IMG/VR virus record: IMGVR_UViG_3300025138_000013
Direction: 5' to 3' (one strand)
Source of the DNA: a virus
Length of the DNA stretch: 64,000 nt
The position numbers and the translations under genes are program-made. Below the pieces are notes generated by a model. It saw only the letters and a list, made by a program, of their open reading frames with translations, was not told where the DNA came from and made no database searches. Positions 29,091-37,665 of the stretch are shown one piece after another (position 1 is the stretch's first letter; each line of letters begins with the position of its first letter).

Positions 29091-29894
29091 ATGAAAAGAA
29101 TTTTATCATTATTAATAATGCTTCCCTTGTTAGTCATTGCAGATGATGACAACAAGGTTGATGTTAACACTACTGGGAGTCAGTCTAATGATTCCCTAGT
29201 GTTTAATCTAACACAAATAGGTTATAACAACGATACCGTCTTTACAATCGGTGGTTCCAATAACACATTTCTAATTAAACAAGAAGGAAACAACAACGAG
29301 ATTTCCTTCGTAGATTACTTTGGTTCGGGAGAAACTTGGGGTGGAGACCTCGATGGTAATAACAATGCATTACACTTCGAACAAAATTGTACTCGTGGTT
29401 CCAGTTGTGGTAAATCTGATATAGGATTTCACATTCAAGGAGATGGTAACTCAGTTCGATGGGGTCAAGGAAAGGTTCTATCAAACGCTTCAGATGAGAC
29501 ATTTTCACTCGATTCGGATGAGGGTGGTAATCATAAACTAAACCTAGACATTCACGGTAATAATAATTCAGTCGCAGGGTTTCAAAGAAATGGTGCTCAA
29601 AATCAATACTCAGGTCACACTGCAACCTTATACATCTATGCAAATGACAATTCACTTTGGGTGAAACAAGAGAATGATGGTGCAAAGACTTTAAACTACA
29701 TTAGTAGAACAGATGATAATACAGGACATATAGTTCAAATGGGTAGTGGGAGTCACACTTCAACCATAAATCTCACTGGTACATACCCATCAACTTTAAA
29801 TTTATTGCAAAACTCAAGTACAAATCAATCATATACACTCACACAAAACTGCGTTACAGTAGGTGGATGTAGTGTTACAATAACTCAAGAGTAA
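29091..29894 (+). CDS. Second curlin-like beta-repeat secreted protein
   Basis: Signal peptide; TQIGYNN, KQEGNNN, DGNNN...EQ, HGNNNSV..FQ repeats; ends CVTVGGCSVTITQE. Confidence 0.72.
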   Translation: MKRILSLLIMLPLLVIADDDNKVDVNTTGSQSNDSLVFNLTQIGYNNDTVFTIGGSNNTFLIKQEGNNNEISFVDYFGSGETWGGDLDGNNNALHFEQNCTRGSSCGKSDIGFHIQGDGNSVRWGQGKVLSNASDETFSLDSDEGGNHKLNLDIHGNNNSVAGFQRNGAQNQYSGHTATLYIYANDNSLWVKQENDGAKTLNYISRTDDNTGHIVQMGSGSHTSTINLTGTYPSTLNLLQNSSTNQSYTLTQNCVTVGGCSVTITQE

Positions 29895-31753
29895 TGTACT
29901 CTTGGAAAGCGTGTCTTGTTACGATACTTGCCCTCTTTGCATTAAAGGTTACTAATCCTTATTTCATAGAGAACATATCTTGGACATGGTTCGATTACTT
30001 ACATCAACAACAAGGAGAATTTTATGTGGATGACATCGTTCTTGTCGACATCGACGAGAAGTCTCTTGAAACTTTTGGACAATATCCTATACGTCGTGGT
30101 ATTTACCGTGACCTTCTTCTTGATACCCATTATAGCAATACTCATATTTTTGGTATGTTATTTTCTAAACCCGACAGAGACCCCACACAAGACGCGATAT
30201 TTGCAGAGGGATTAGTCAACCGTCTCACAATCCTTGGAGCTGCTCCAACATCACAAACTCAAAAAGGTTCTGCACCATTCGTAGGTAACTCAACGTTTGG
30301 GGGTGGTAATCCTAAAGATTTTCTGTGGAACTTCGATGGAATTGTATCGCCCATCGCGATGCTGAAAGATAATACTTATGGGGTTGGAGTTGTGACGGCT
30401 ACTCCAGCTGTCACTGGAACACCAAATTTTGATGGGACTACGCGGTCTGTACCCCTATTGGTTACGGCAAACGATGAAGTATATCCCTCACTAATGTTAG
30501 AAGCTTTACGAGCCTTACGTAACGAACCAAGTTATCAAACTAAAATTACTCCCGAGACTGGTGTAGAGTGGGTTCGGATGGGAAGAGACAAACCGATAAC
30601 CACCACTCCAACCAGTGATGTAATGATATCCTATTGGAACAAATTCCATAGAATTTCTGCAGTAGACTTACCCGATTCTAATTTCGAGAATAAAATACTT
30701 GTATGGGGTTTGACTGCAGAGGGTTTGAATAATCCAGTTTCAACCCCAAGGGGAGTAATGTATCCCCATGAAGTGCAAGCGAACCTGCTCCAAACCGTTT
30801 TGACAGGAGTTCAAATACAACAATCCTACTATCTTGAATCACTAGAGTCTGTTCTTCTTCTGTTAGTTCTGCTAATGATAGTTGCGATGGTTTACAAGCT
30901 TCCCACAGTTCTTTCGGGGACAGGGTTTCTATTACTTGTAGTATGCCAGATTGGCGGGAGTTATTATATTTGGACTTCAGAGCTCGTTCTTTTCGATACC
31001 TTCTTTTCATCGTTGGCCTCCTTAGTAGTTTTCGGTCATGCTTCGTTCAACAAATACTATGTGACTTTCCAAGAAAAGCAACAAATAAAGAAGCAGTTCC
31101 AAAAGTATTTATCTCCCGACATGATTGAAGAGCTACAAAAACACCCCGAAAAATTGAGACTTGGTGGAGATAGAAAGGAGATGACCTTCATGTTTATGGA
31201 CATCATCGGATTCACTCCTATAAGCGAACATTACATGAAACAGGATGACCCCGAAGGATTAGTAGAATTGATTAACAAATTCCTTGATATGCAGACTAAG
31301 ATAATCCTAAATAATGGTGGAACCATCGACAAGTACATGGGCGATTGTATAATGAGTTTTTGGAATGCTCCTATGGAGTGTAAGAACCATGCAGACCTTG
31401 CCGTTAAATCAGCACTGGAAGTGCTAGAAGCAACAAAGGAATTAAATGAAGAACTTAAACCTCTCGAACTGCCTCCTATTAATGTTGGGATTGGTATCTC
31501 TACAGGCGAATGCATCGTTGGAAACATGGGGTCAGAACTTAGATTTGACTATTCCGTCATTGGAGATGCAGTTAACCTCGGAGCTAGACTCGAAGGACAA
31601 ACGAGAAATTATGATGGGGTGGACTTGTTGTTATCACAAAGAACTTATAAACAGTGTAAGGTTGGAGCATACATTGAAGTCGATAGAATACACGTCAAGG
31701 GGAAAAGTGAAAAGGTCACTATCTACACTCCAATTAAAGGAACCCATAACTGA
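29894..31753 (+). CDS. CHASE2-domain class III adenylate cyclase
   Basis: TM, IVLVDIDEKSL..FGQYPIRR, DGTTRSVPL, TPRG..YPHEVQANLL (CHASE2), 3 TMs, FMDIIGFT, DKYMGDCIM, FDYSVIGDAVNLGARLEG; Lys and Asp ATP-specifying residues. Confidence 0.93.
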   Translation: MYSWKACLVTILALFALKVTNPYFIENISWTWFDYLHQQQGEFYVDDIVLVDIDEKSLETFGQYPIRRGIYRDLLLDTHYSNTHIFGMLFSKPDRDPTQDAIFAEGLVNRLTILGAAPTSQTQKGSAPFVGNSTFGGGNPKDFLWNFDGIVSPIAMLKDNTYGVGVVTATPAVTGTPNFDGTTRSVPLLVTANDEVYPSLMLEALRALRNEPSYQTKITPETGVEWVRMGRDKPITTTPTSDVMISYWNKFHRISAVDLPDSNFENKILVWGLTAEGLNNPVSTPRGVMYPHEVQANLLQTVLTGVQIQQSYYLESLESVLLLLVLLMIVAMVYKLPTVLSGTGFLLLVVCQIGGSYYIWTSELVLFDTFFSSLASLVVFGHASFNKYYVTFQEKQQIKKQFQKYLSPDMIEELQKHPEKLRLGGDRKEMTFMFMDIIGFTPISEHYMKQDDPEGLVELINKFLDMQTKIILNNGGTIDKYMGDCIMSFWNAPMECKNHADLAVKSALEVLEATKELNEELKPLELPPINVGIGISTGECIVGNMGSELRFDYSVIGDAVNLGARLEGQTRNYDGVDLLLSQRTYKQCKVGAYIEVDRIHVKGKSEKVTIYTPIKGTHN

Positions 31754-32045
31754 TTTTCAATGGGGTACATTTGTATCACTTCAACTTCTTGATATGTACA
31801 CTACCTATAAAGGATTGCAATACGATTGTGTATTTGAAACGAATCCTCTCTTTGGTGAAAGACCTTCAGTAATGACAATGGGTGTAAGAAAGATTGTTAT
31901 ACTTGCCCCAGCAATAGTTTCTGAACAGAACAATCAAACATTAAGTATAGAAGACATGAGAGATATTAACCTTCTTATGGGTTTAGTTGTCCTTAACAAT
32001 GCAAGTATTTCAAACAAATCATCAAAAAGATGCAATAAATTGTAA
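31446..32045 (+). CDS. Hypothetical exported/membrane protein overlapping the cyclase 3' end
   Basis: C-terminal LQLLDMYTTYKGL...ETNPLFG domain lies mostly beyond the cyclase stop; true start uncertain. Confidence 0.55.
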   Translation: MKNLNLSNCLLLMLGLVSLQANASLETWGQNLDLTIPSLEMQLTSELDSKDKREIMMGWTCCYHKELINSVRLEHTLKSIEYTSRGKVKRSLSTLQLKEPITDFQWGTFVSLQLLDMYTTYKGLQYDCVFETNPLFGERPSVMTMGVRKIVILAPAIVSEQNNQTLSIEDMRDINLLMGLVVLNNASISNKSSKRCNKL

Positions 32046-32051
32046 AAACCC

Positions 32052-32079
32052 CTTGAAATTTCTAAATCAGTCCCCATAT
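32052..32079 (+). promoter_or_regulatory. Sigma32 (RpoH) heat-shock promoter
   Basis: CTTGAAA - 13 nt - CCCCATAT upstream of hsp20. Confidence 0.85.
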
Positions 32080-32096
32080 ATGCTATATATACTATT

Positions 32097-32149
32097 GTAA
32101 TTGCCTTCGGGGATTACATAACATAACTTGCTTAATAAAGGAGAAAACT
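32097..32149 (+). promoter_or_regulatory. ROSE-like RNA thermometer leader
   Basis: UUCG-capped 5' hairpin, then CUU(G)CUU-AAUA-AAGGAG pairing over the SD with a bulged G. Confidence 0.7.
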
Positions 32150-32587
32150 ATGACAAGTAAACAGCTCGGAGACTTCGATGTCTTCAATTTCGGGAAATCA
32201 TTCCCATTCGCAATCGGGTTCGACAGAACTCTTCAACTATTAGAACGTGCCAATCAGTCACCGACTAATACAAACTATCCACCTTACAATATTGTAAAAC
32301 ACGATGCAGAGAACTTCAGTATCGAACTTGCATTAGCTGGATTTGATAAAAAGGACATCACAATCTCAAAAGAGAAAGAGGTTCTTAATATCGAAGGTAA
32401 ACAAAAGGAAGGGGAAAACCTTGAGTACGTCCATAGAGGACTTGCAGCTCGTTCATTCAAAAGAACATTCACACTTGCAGACGACATTGTCGTTAAAGGT
32501 GCAGACATGAAGAATGGTATTTTGAGTGTATCTTTGGAAAGGATTATACCCGAAGAAGATAAACCCCAAAAAATCAAAATTTCTTAA
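32150..32587 (+). CDS. hsp20: Small heat-shock protein Hsp20 (IbpA-like)
   Basis: NYPPYNI, ELALAGF, HRGLAARSFKRTF, NGILSV. Confidence 0.96.
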   Translation: MTSKQLGDFDVFNFGKSFPFAIGFDRTLQLLERANQSPTNTNYPPYNIVKHDAENFSIELALAGFDKKDITISKEKEVLNIEGKQKEGENLEYVHRGLAARSFKRTFTLADDIVVKGADMKNGILSVSLERIIPEEDKPQKIKIS

Positions 32588-32658
32588 CAAAGCCTCTTAC
32601 AGATACACCTGTTATGTTATATAATAGGTGTATCTATTATTATGGAGTATAGATTATT

Positions 32659-33186
32659 ATGACAGAAGAAAGAAGAATGGGATTAGAAATTATCGAAGGG
32701 GAAACTAAAGTACCCGAAGTAGTCCTACCTCAGAGAATTGATGGTGAATTCGTAACACTAGACACACAACAACAGTTTGCTGGTAAAAGAGTAATTGTAT
32801 TTGGTTTGCCTGGCGCATTCACTCCAACATGTTCAACACAACAATTGCCTAGCTTTGATGAGAGATTTGAAGAGTTTAGAGAAAAGGGAATTGATGAGAT
32901 TTATTGTGTATCAGTGAATGATACATTCGTAATGAACTCATGGTTCGAATCATTAGGTATCAAAAATGTTTACCCTCTTCCCGATGGTAACGGTGAGTTT
33001 ACTCACTTGATTGGTGCAGAATGTTCTAAATCAAATCTTGGTTTTGGATATAGGTCTTGGAGATATGCAGTTGTAATCAACGATGGTGTAATTGAAAAAG
33101 CATTCATTGAAGATGGCTATCAAGACAATGCAGAGTCCGACCCTTATGAGACTTCAAGCCCAGAAAATATATTGAAAAATCTTTAG
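32659..33186 (+). CDS. Peroxiredoxin (Prx5 type)
   Basis: LPGAFTPTCS, CVSVNDTFVM, DGNGEFT, RSWRYA. Confidence 0.95.
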   Translation: MTEERRMGLEIIEGETKVPEVVLPQRIDGEFVTLDTQQQFAGKRVIVFGLPGAFTPTCSTQQLPSFDERFEEFREKGIDEIYCVSVNDTFVMNSWFESLGIKNVYPLPDGNGEFTHLIGAECSKSNLGFGYRSWRYAVVINDGVIEKAFIEDGYQDNAESDPYETSSPENILKNL

Positions 33187-33230
33187 AAATCGCCTTGACA
33201 GAGTTGTGCTAAATATAGTATAATGGAGTC

Positions 33231-34508
33231 ATGATGAGTGATAATAAATATTTTCAATACAATCTAGAAGACCTTCACCGTAACAGTGAAAGTAAACAGT
33301 TTAATTACATTACTTTCTTTGCAGGCGGTGGTGGTTCTTCATGTGGTTACAAACTAGCAGGTGGTGACGTTCGTTACATGAACGAGTTCCAACAGTTACA
33401 TGTTGACACCTACCTAGAAAACTTCCCTAACACAGTACATGAATGTAGAGACATCAAAGAAGTCACTGCAGAAGGTATCATGGAGCTTAGTGGACTTAAG
33501 AAATACGAATTAGATATCATGGATGGGTCACCACCTTGTCCACCATTTTCTATGGCAGGTTCCAAGAAAGAAGGATGGAACCAAGAGAAGATGGCATATG
33601 GTATGAAGCAACAGAACATTGAAGACCTAACATGGGAAATGATTAGGATTGCCGAAGGGTTAATGCCTAAAGTTATAATATGTGAGAACGTGAAAGGTCT
33701 TTCAATGGACTATGCAAGAGACCATCTAAACAGGATGGTAAACGATTTCGAAGCACTAGGATACTCAGTGACTTGGAAAATCATGAAGGGACATCAGCAT
33801 GGTGTACCTCAGAAGAGAGAAAGAGTATTCATGGTTGGTGTACGTGACGATGTACTTGAAGGTATTGGAATGCCTTGGATGTGCATGTCATCTGTATTCC
33901 CCGACCCAGTAAAAGAATTTGCATCTATAGAAGATGCAATCCATGATTTAGAAACCGATGAAGATAACATGAAAGATGCAGCTTATCTAGAGACTGCCAT
34001 GGACGATTCTTCAAAAGGTCATTGGGTAAATGGATTTGATGTTCATCCCGATGAAAAGTTTGAAGGTTGTGTTCCATGTAAAGGTCTTACACCAGTATTA
34101 AAAGAAAGAGACAACCAAGCATATACCTCTATTGGAGACCATATTGTAAAACCATGGTTCCAAGAGAACATTGCACTAGGACATATCAAACCCGAAGATG
34201 AGAAACATTCTTACTATATGTCAAGAATAGTTCCTAAACATCTACCAGCTCATTCATTGACTGAACAAGGTTGTCAACCTAAGTTTATGGGTGGTAATCA
34301 TTTCCACCACAGTGGTAAAAGAATTTACACACCAAAAGAAATGGTAAGATTAATGACTCTACCAAACGACTATAAAATGACTGGTGATTACAATGATAAA
34401 GGTGCAAGAATAGGATTGATGGTAGCACCATTGTGTATGTACTACTTAGTTGAAAACATTAAAGGACAAATATTAGAACCATGGAATTCACTGCAACAAA
34501 AGACTTAG
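33231..34508 (+). CDS. DNA (cytosine-5) methyltransferase
   Basis: FAGGGG (I), GSPPC (IV), ENV (VI), QKRER (VIII). Confidence 0.95.
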   Translation: MMSDNKYFQYNLEDLHRNSESKQFNYITFFAGGGGSSCGYKLAGGDVRYMNEFQQLHVDTYLENFPNTVHECRDIKEVTAEGIMELSGLKKYELDIMDGSPPCPPFSMAGSKKEGWNQEKMAYGMKQQNIEDLTWEMIRIAEGLMPKVIICENVKGLSMDYARDHLNRMVNDFEALGYSVTWKIMKGHQHGVPQKRERVFMVGVRDDVLEGIGMPWMCMSSVFPDPVKEFASIEDAIHDLETDEDNMKDAAYLETAMDDSSKGHWVNGFDVHPDEKFEGCVPCKGLTPVLKERDNQAYTSIGDHIVKPWFQENIALGHIKPEDEKHSYYMSRIVPKHLPAHSLTEQGCQPKFMGGNHFHHSGKRIYTPKEMVRLMTLPNDYKMTGDYNDKGARIGLMVAPLCMYYLVENIKGQILEPWNSLQQKT

Positions 34509-35482
34509 GATTTAAAGAAACATTCAAAGAATGGAACGGTAAGTATCTTACTGAAGATTCTTATGATACTGTTATATCATCCATTGGTGTCGAGGATGAC
34601 ATCATTAAAATCTATAAACCTCATGGTACACTCATGGGTGAAACCTTACTTGCATGTATTGTAAAGAGAGCATATACAGGTACGACTTATCAAACAGTTA
34701 AAGACACTTTGTTCTCTATCGATGATACATCTACAATGAGAGCAAATGCAGCCGGGCCTATCGACCATGAAGAGATGAAGGCAAAAGGATTAATCGAAGG
34801 AAAGGACTATGTCCTAAGAACTCCAAACAGTTACTACCCACTTAAGAAGAACGGTGAGTTCAATCGTATTGCAGAAGCAAACGAGATTCATTCAGTTCTA
34901 ATCGGGTATAAACGTGGCAGATTCACAGGAATGATTAAGGCAAGTGGATGGATGGATAAGAAATCCAACAAAGAAAAGTTTGAAACCTTATCACAGATTG
35001 CAAACGTCAATGAACAAGCATTGAAGACTGCAGTTCCCGAAGTATACAACTTACAAAAAACTTTTGCAGATGAATGTATAGATGAGAAGTATCACATTGG
35101 TGGTTCACCGATGACAGCTTTATCTGCAAACAAATATTCAACTGGTGGGACTGCAAAGATGTCTGCACATTTGGATGGAAAAGATTTAGAGTTCGGAATG
35201 ACAACTATGTGTGTCTTCCGTATTGGAGAATTTGGGGGTGCATACTTATGTTTCCCTAGATATGGTATTGCTATTGAAGCAGATGATGGAGACGTACTGA
35301 TTGCAGATTCAAATGAATTGCACGGTGTATCACCTATCACTGGTGAAGGAGTAAGGTTATCATGTGTTGCATATTGTGATGAACATGTTGCAACTAAAGG
35401 GAGAGCTGGAAAGACTGAGAATCCTATCGGCCCACATGCTGGAAAGTATGAGGAGAAAGGTTCACTCGACAGCTTTTTCTAG
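34481..35482 (+). CDS. TET/JBP-family 2OG-Fe(II) dioxygenase
   Basis: AHLDGKD, GGAYLCFPRYGIA...GDVLIAD..ELHGVSP...RLSCVAY; overlaps the C5-MTase gene. Confidence 0.85.
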   Translation: MEFTATKDLGFKETFKEWNGKYLTEDSYDTVISSIGVEDDIIKIYKPHGTLMGETLLACIVKRAYTGTTYQTVKDTLFSIDDTSTMRANAAGPIDHEEMKAKGLIEGKDYVLRTPNSYYPLKKNGEFNRIAEANEIHSVLIGYKRGRFTGMIKASGWMDKKSNKEKFETLSQIANVNEQALKTAVPEVYNLQKTFADECIDEKYHIGGSPMTALSANKYSTGGTAKMSAHLDGKDLEFGMTTMCVFRIGEFGGAYLCFPRYGIAIEADDGDVLIADSNELHGVSPITGEGVRLSCVAYCDEHVATKGRAGKTENPIGPHAGKYEEKGSLDSFF

Positions 35483-35567
35483 ACCTAAATAATAATGTAT
35501 CAACTGGAACGTTTCCTTTTGGACATCAACGTTATAACATATCCCTCGTAGGGATAAGGAAAAAAAT

Positions 35568-36704
35568 ATGACAACACAAAATCACCTGTTCGCAGGTTTA
35601 AAAAAGAGCTACGATATAGAACTCACCCGAGAACTATGTCCACCCAAAGAAACTTATCAAACTTGTAAATTCAAGAAAAGACTTGTAGTACACAAGGATA
35701 AGATTCACATCATTGACCCTATTACAGGGGAACCATTGCAACCGAGAGAAGAAATCAATCTCACTCAAAATGTTATTGAGATTAAAACTTCATTCAAGTA
35801 CAGAGGTTGGTTACATTCAGAAGAACCACTATTTGTACAAGTCGCTGCTGATGGAAACTTCATTCTAAGAAGTGGATTCAACAGATACAAAGCTGCAACG
35901 GAAAGTGGTTGGGAATATCTATTAGTAGATGTGTATGAAGATGCACCAGTCCAAAAGGACAACATTGCATTTAAGTATGTTTGTAACAATACTAACCTAC
36001 CATCTAAACCTAATAAAGATATTGACTTCATTAGAGGTGTAGTAGAAGCGATTGATGCAAATGCAATCAATCAAGAAGTCGAAGCAGAGATAATCTCATT
36101 CTTAAAACAAATCACATCAACAGATGATGGTATGCGTTTAAAGACAGATGAAGAGATTGTCAACTATGTCGATGTAACGGAAGTAAATGACGATGGTTCA
36201 GAGAGTACTATTCAAGAACTATCATCTTCATGTTTACTATATAAAGTCTATAGACAAAGAGGAAAGAACAGAAACATTCTACCATTAGATGGTAAGGGTG
36301 CAAACCAAATTCTAAACTCTCTTAAAAAAGGATGGGCTGGAGCAAGAAACAAAGATGTTACTGAGTTAGGTTATTGTTTTGAGAAGAAGACTACATGTCA
36401 CAGGATATTGTGGGATGGTATGAAACTTTATAGTAAATATCAAACACCTATCATGTTATATGGTTATGTTGAGAATCCCTCATCAATGACTTTAAAGTCT
36501 GATAGAATAGAAACACTTGCAAGATACGAGTGGTTCATAGAAGAATGTGTAAGAAGATTTACGGATTCTCTTGACTATCACAAGATGGGACTTAACTTCA
36601 TGGAACTTGAATGGAAGTTCAGAGAAATCTTTCAGTGGGGTGGATTTATACCTCAAGATAAAACACCACATTGTGATGAAAGTGGAAGGATAGTAGAACT
36701 ATGA
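35568..36704 (+). CDS. Hypothetical protein with ParB/Srx-like N-terminal domain
   Basis: PLFV...FILRSGFNRYKAA resembles the ParB GxxR motif; late box CTAAATA at 35485. Confidence 0.55.
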   Translation: MTTQNHLFAGLKKSYDIELTRELCPPKETYQTCKFKKRLVVHKDKIHIIDPITGEPLQPREEINLTQNVIEIKTSFKYRGWLHSEEPLFVQVAADGNFILRSGFNRYKAATESGWEYLLVDVYEDAPVQKDNIAFKYVCNNTNLPSKPNKDIDFIRGVVEAIDANAINQEVEAEIISFLKQITSTDDGMRLKTDEEIVNYVDVTEVNDDGSESTIQELSSSCLLYKVYRQRGKNRNILPLDGKGANQILNSLKKGWAGARNKDVTELGYCFEKKTTCHRILWDGMKLYSKYQTPIMLYGYVENPSSMTLKSDRIETLARYEWFIEECVRRFTDSLDYHKMGLNFMELEWKFREIFQWGGFIPQDKTPHCDESGRIVEL

Positions 36705-37237
36705 TTATAATGGTTGGTGGAGTTCCATGTTCGGGAAAGTCAACTCTCATGAGAAGACTTATCTCTAGGTTAGATGAACCCAATCTAATTGAACCGATGA
36801 AACTATTTAAGTGCCAAGAACATGGTGACATATTAGTAGTCGGTCAATATCCCGAGGGAGAGACATTCGGCGGAACTGATAAGCTCTCTCACGGTTCTAT
36901 CCCACAGTTTAGAGAGTTCATTGAAGCAATGAACATTGCATACAAACATGTTCTAATAGAAGGTGATAGATACTTTAGAGGAGTAGACATAGAATGGTTG
37001 ATGCAAAACCATGAAGCATTAGTTTACGTTCTAACAGTAGACATATCCGAAGAACACAATCGTCACACAGAACGTGGAGACACACAATCAGAAGTATGGC
37101 TGAAGGGAAGACGAACACAGATAAATAACATACTAACAAACATGAATCTTTTAGGACAACTAAATATTCGTGATAATGATTCAATAGAATCATCTATGAA
37201 AATAGAAGAGGAGATATATGCCAAAATTATTCAATAA
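36701..37237 (+). CDS. P-loop nucleotide kinase-like protein
   Basis: GGVPCSGKST, FGGTDKLS, LIEGDR. Confidence 0.75.
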   Translation: MIIMVGGVPCSGKSTLMRRLISRLDEPNLIEPMKLFKCQEHGDILVVGQYPEGETFGGTDKLSHGSIPQFREFIEAMNIAYKHVLIEGDRYFRGVDIEWLMQNHEALVYVLTVDISEEHNRHTERGDTQSEVWLKGRRTQINNILTNMNLLGQLNIRDNDSIESSMKIEEEIYAKIIQ

Positions 37238-37532
37238 TAAAGTCTACATGGTAGTAGAGAACCCATCTGAAGAAGATGCAGCTATTGAATTGACTGGTGG
37301 TGAATGGGATGGACTAGTATACCAATATGGTAAGCTACAATTCGAAGAAGGTAAACCAAATATTAACTTCCAAAGAACAATAAGAAGGTTCCCTCACGGG
37401 CAACAGAAGACAGATATTGGACTTGAGGAACTCCTAAATAATAGTGAATTAAACGACCTCATGGGTGAAATACTCATGGAATTAGTCGATGAACAAATGA
37501 AAAGAGAACAAGATGAAATCAAGACAAGCTAA
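37218..37532 (+). CDS. Hypothetical protein
   Basis: AIELTGGEWDGLVYQYGK...LMGEILMELV. Confidence 0.7.
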   Translation: MPKLFNNKVYMVVENPSEEDAAIELTGGEWDGLVYQYGKLQFEEGKPNINFQRTIRRFPHGQQKTDIGLEELLNNSELNDLMGEILMELVDEQMKREQDEIKTS

Positions 37533-37665
37533 AATCGAAGACTCAGAGAGTAATATACACTATCCTATAATAAATTATACGGATGAATCAGATTACGACG
37601 CTAAAGTCGCACAAATTGTCACCGATATGGGTGGTAAATACTTAGGAGAGTATCAAGAATTATGA
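37513..37665 (+). CDS. Hypothetical 50-aa protein (not in ORF track)
   Basis: Fills the gap exactly; ATGA overlap with lysozyme. Confidence 0.5.
   Translation: MKSRQAKIEDSESNIHYPIINYTDESDYDAKVAQIVTDMGGKYLGEYQEL

Noticed and set aside
25152-37237. Host DNA contamination or a chimeric bacterial insert
   Set aside because: Same strand, late boxes and motif avoidance as the phage core, and flanked by regA and gp43 in normal T4-like order
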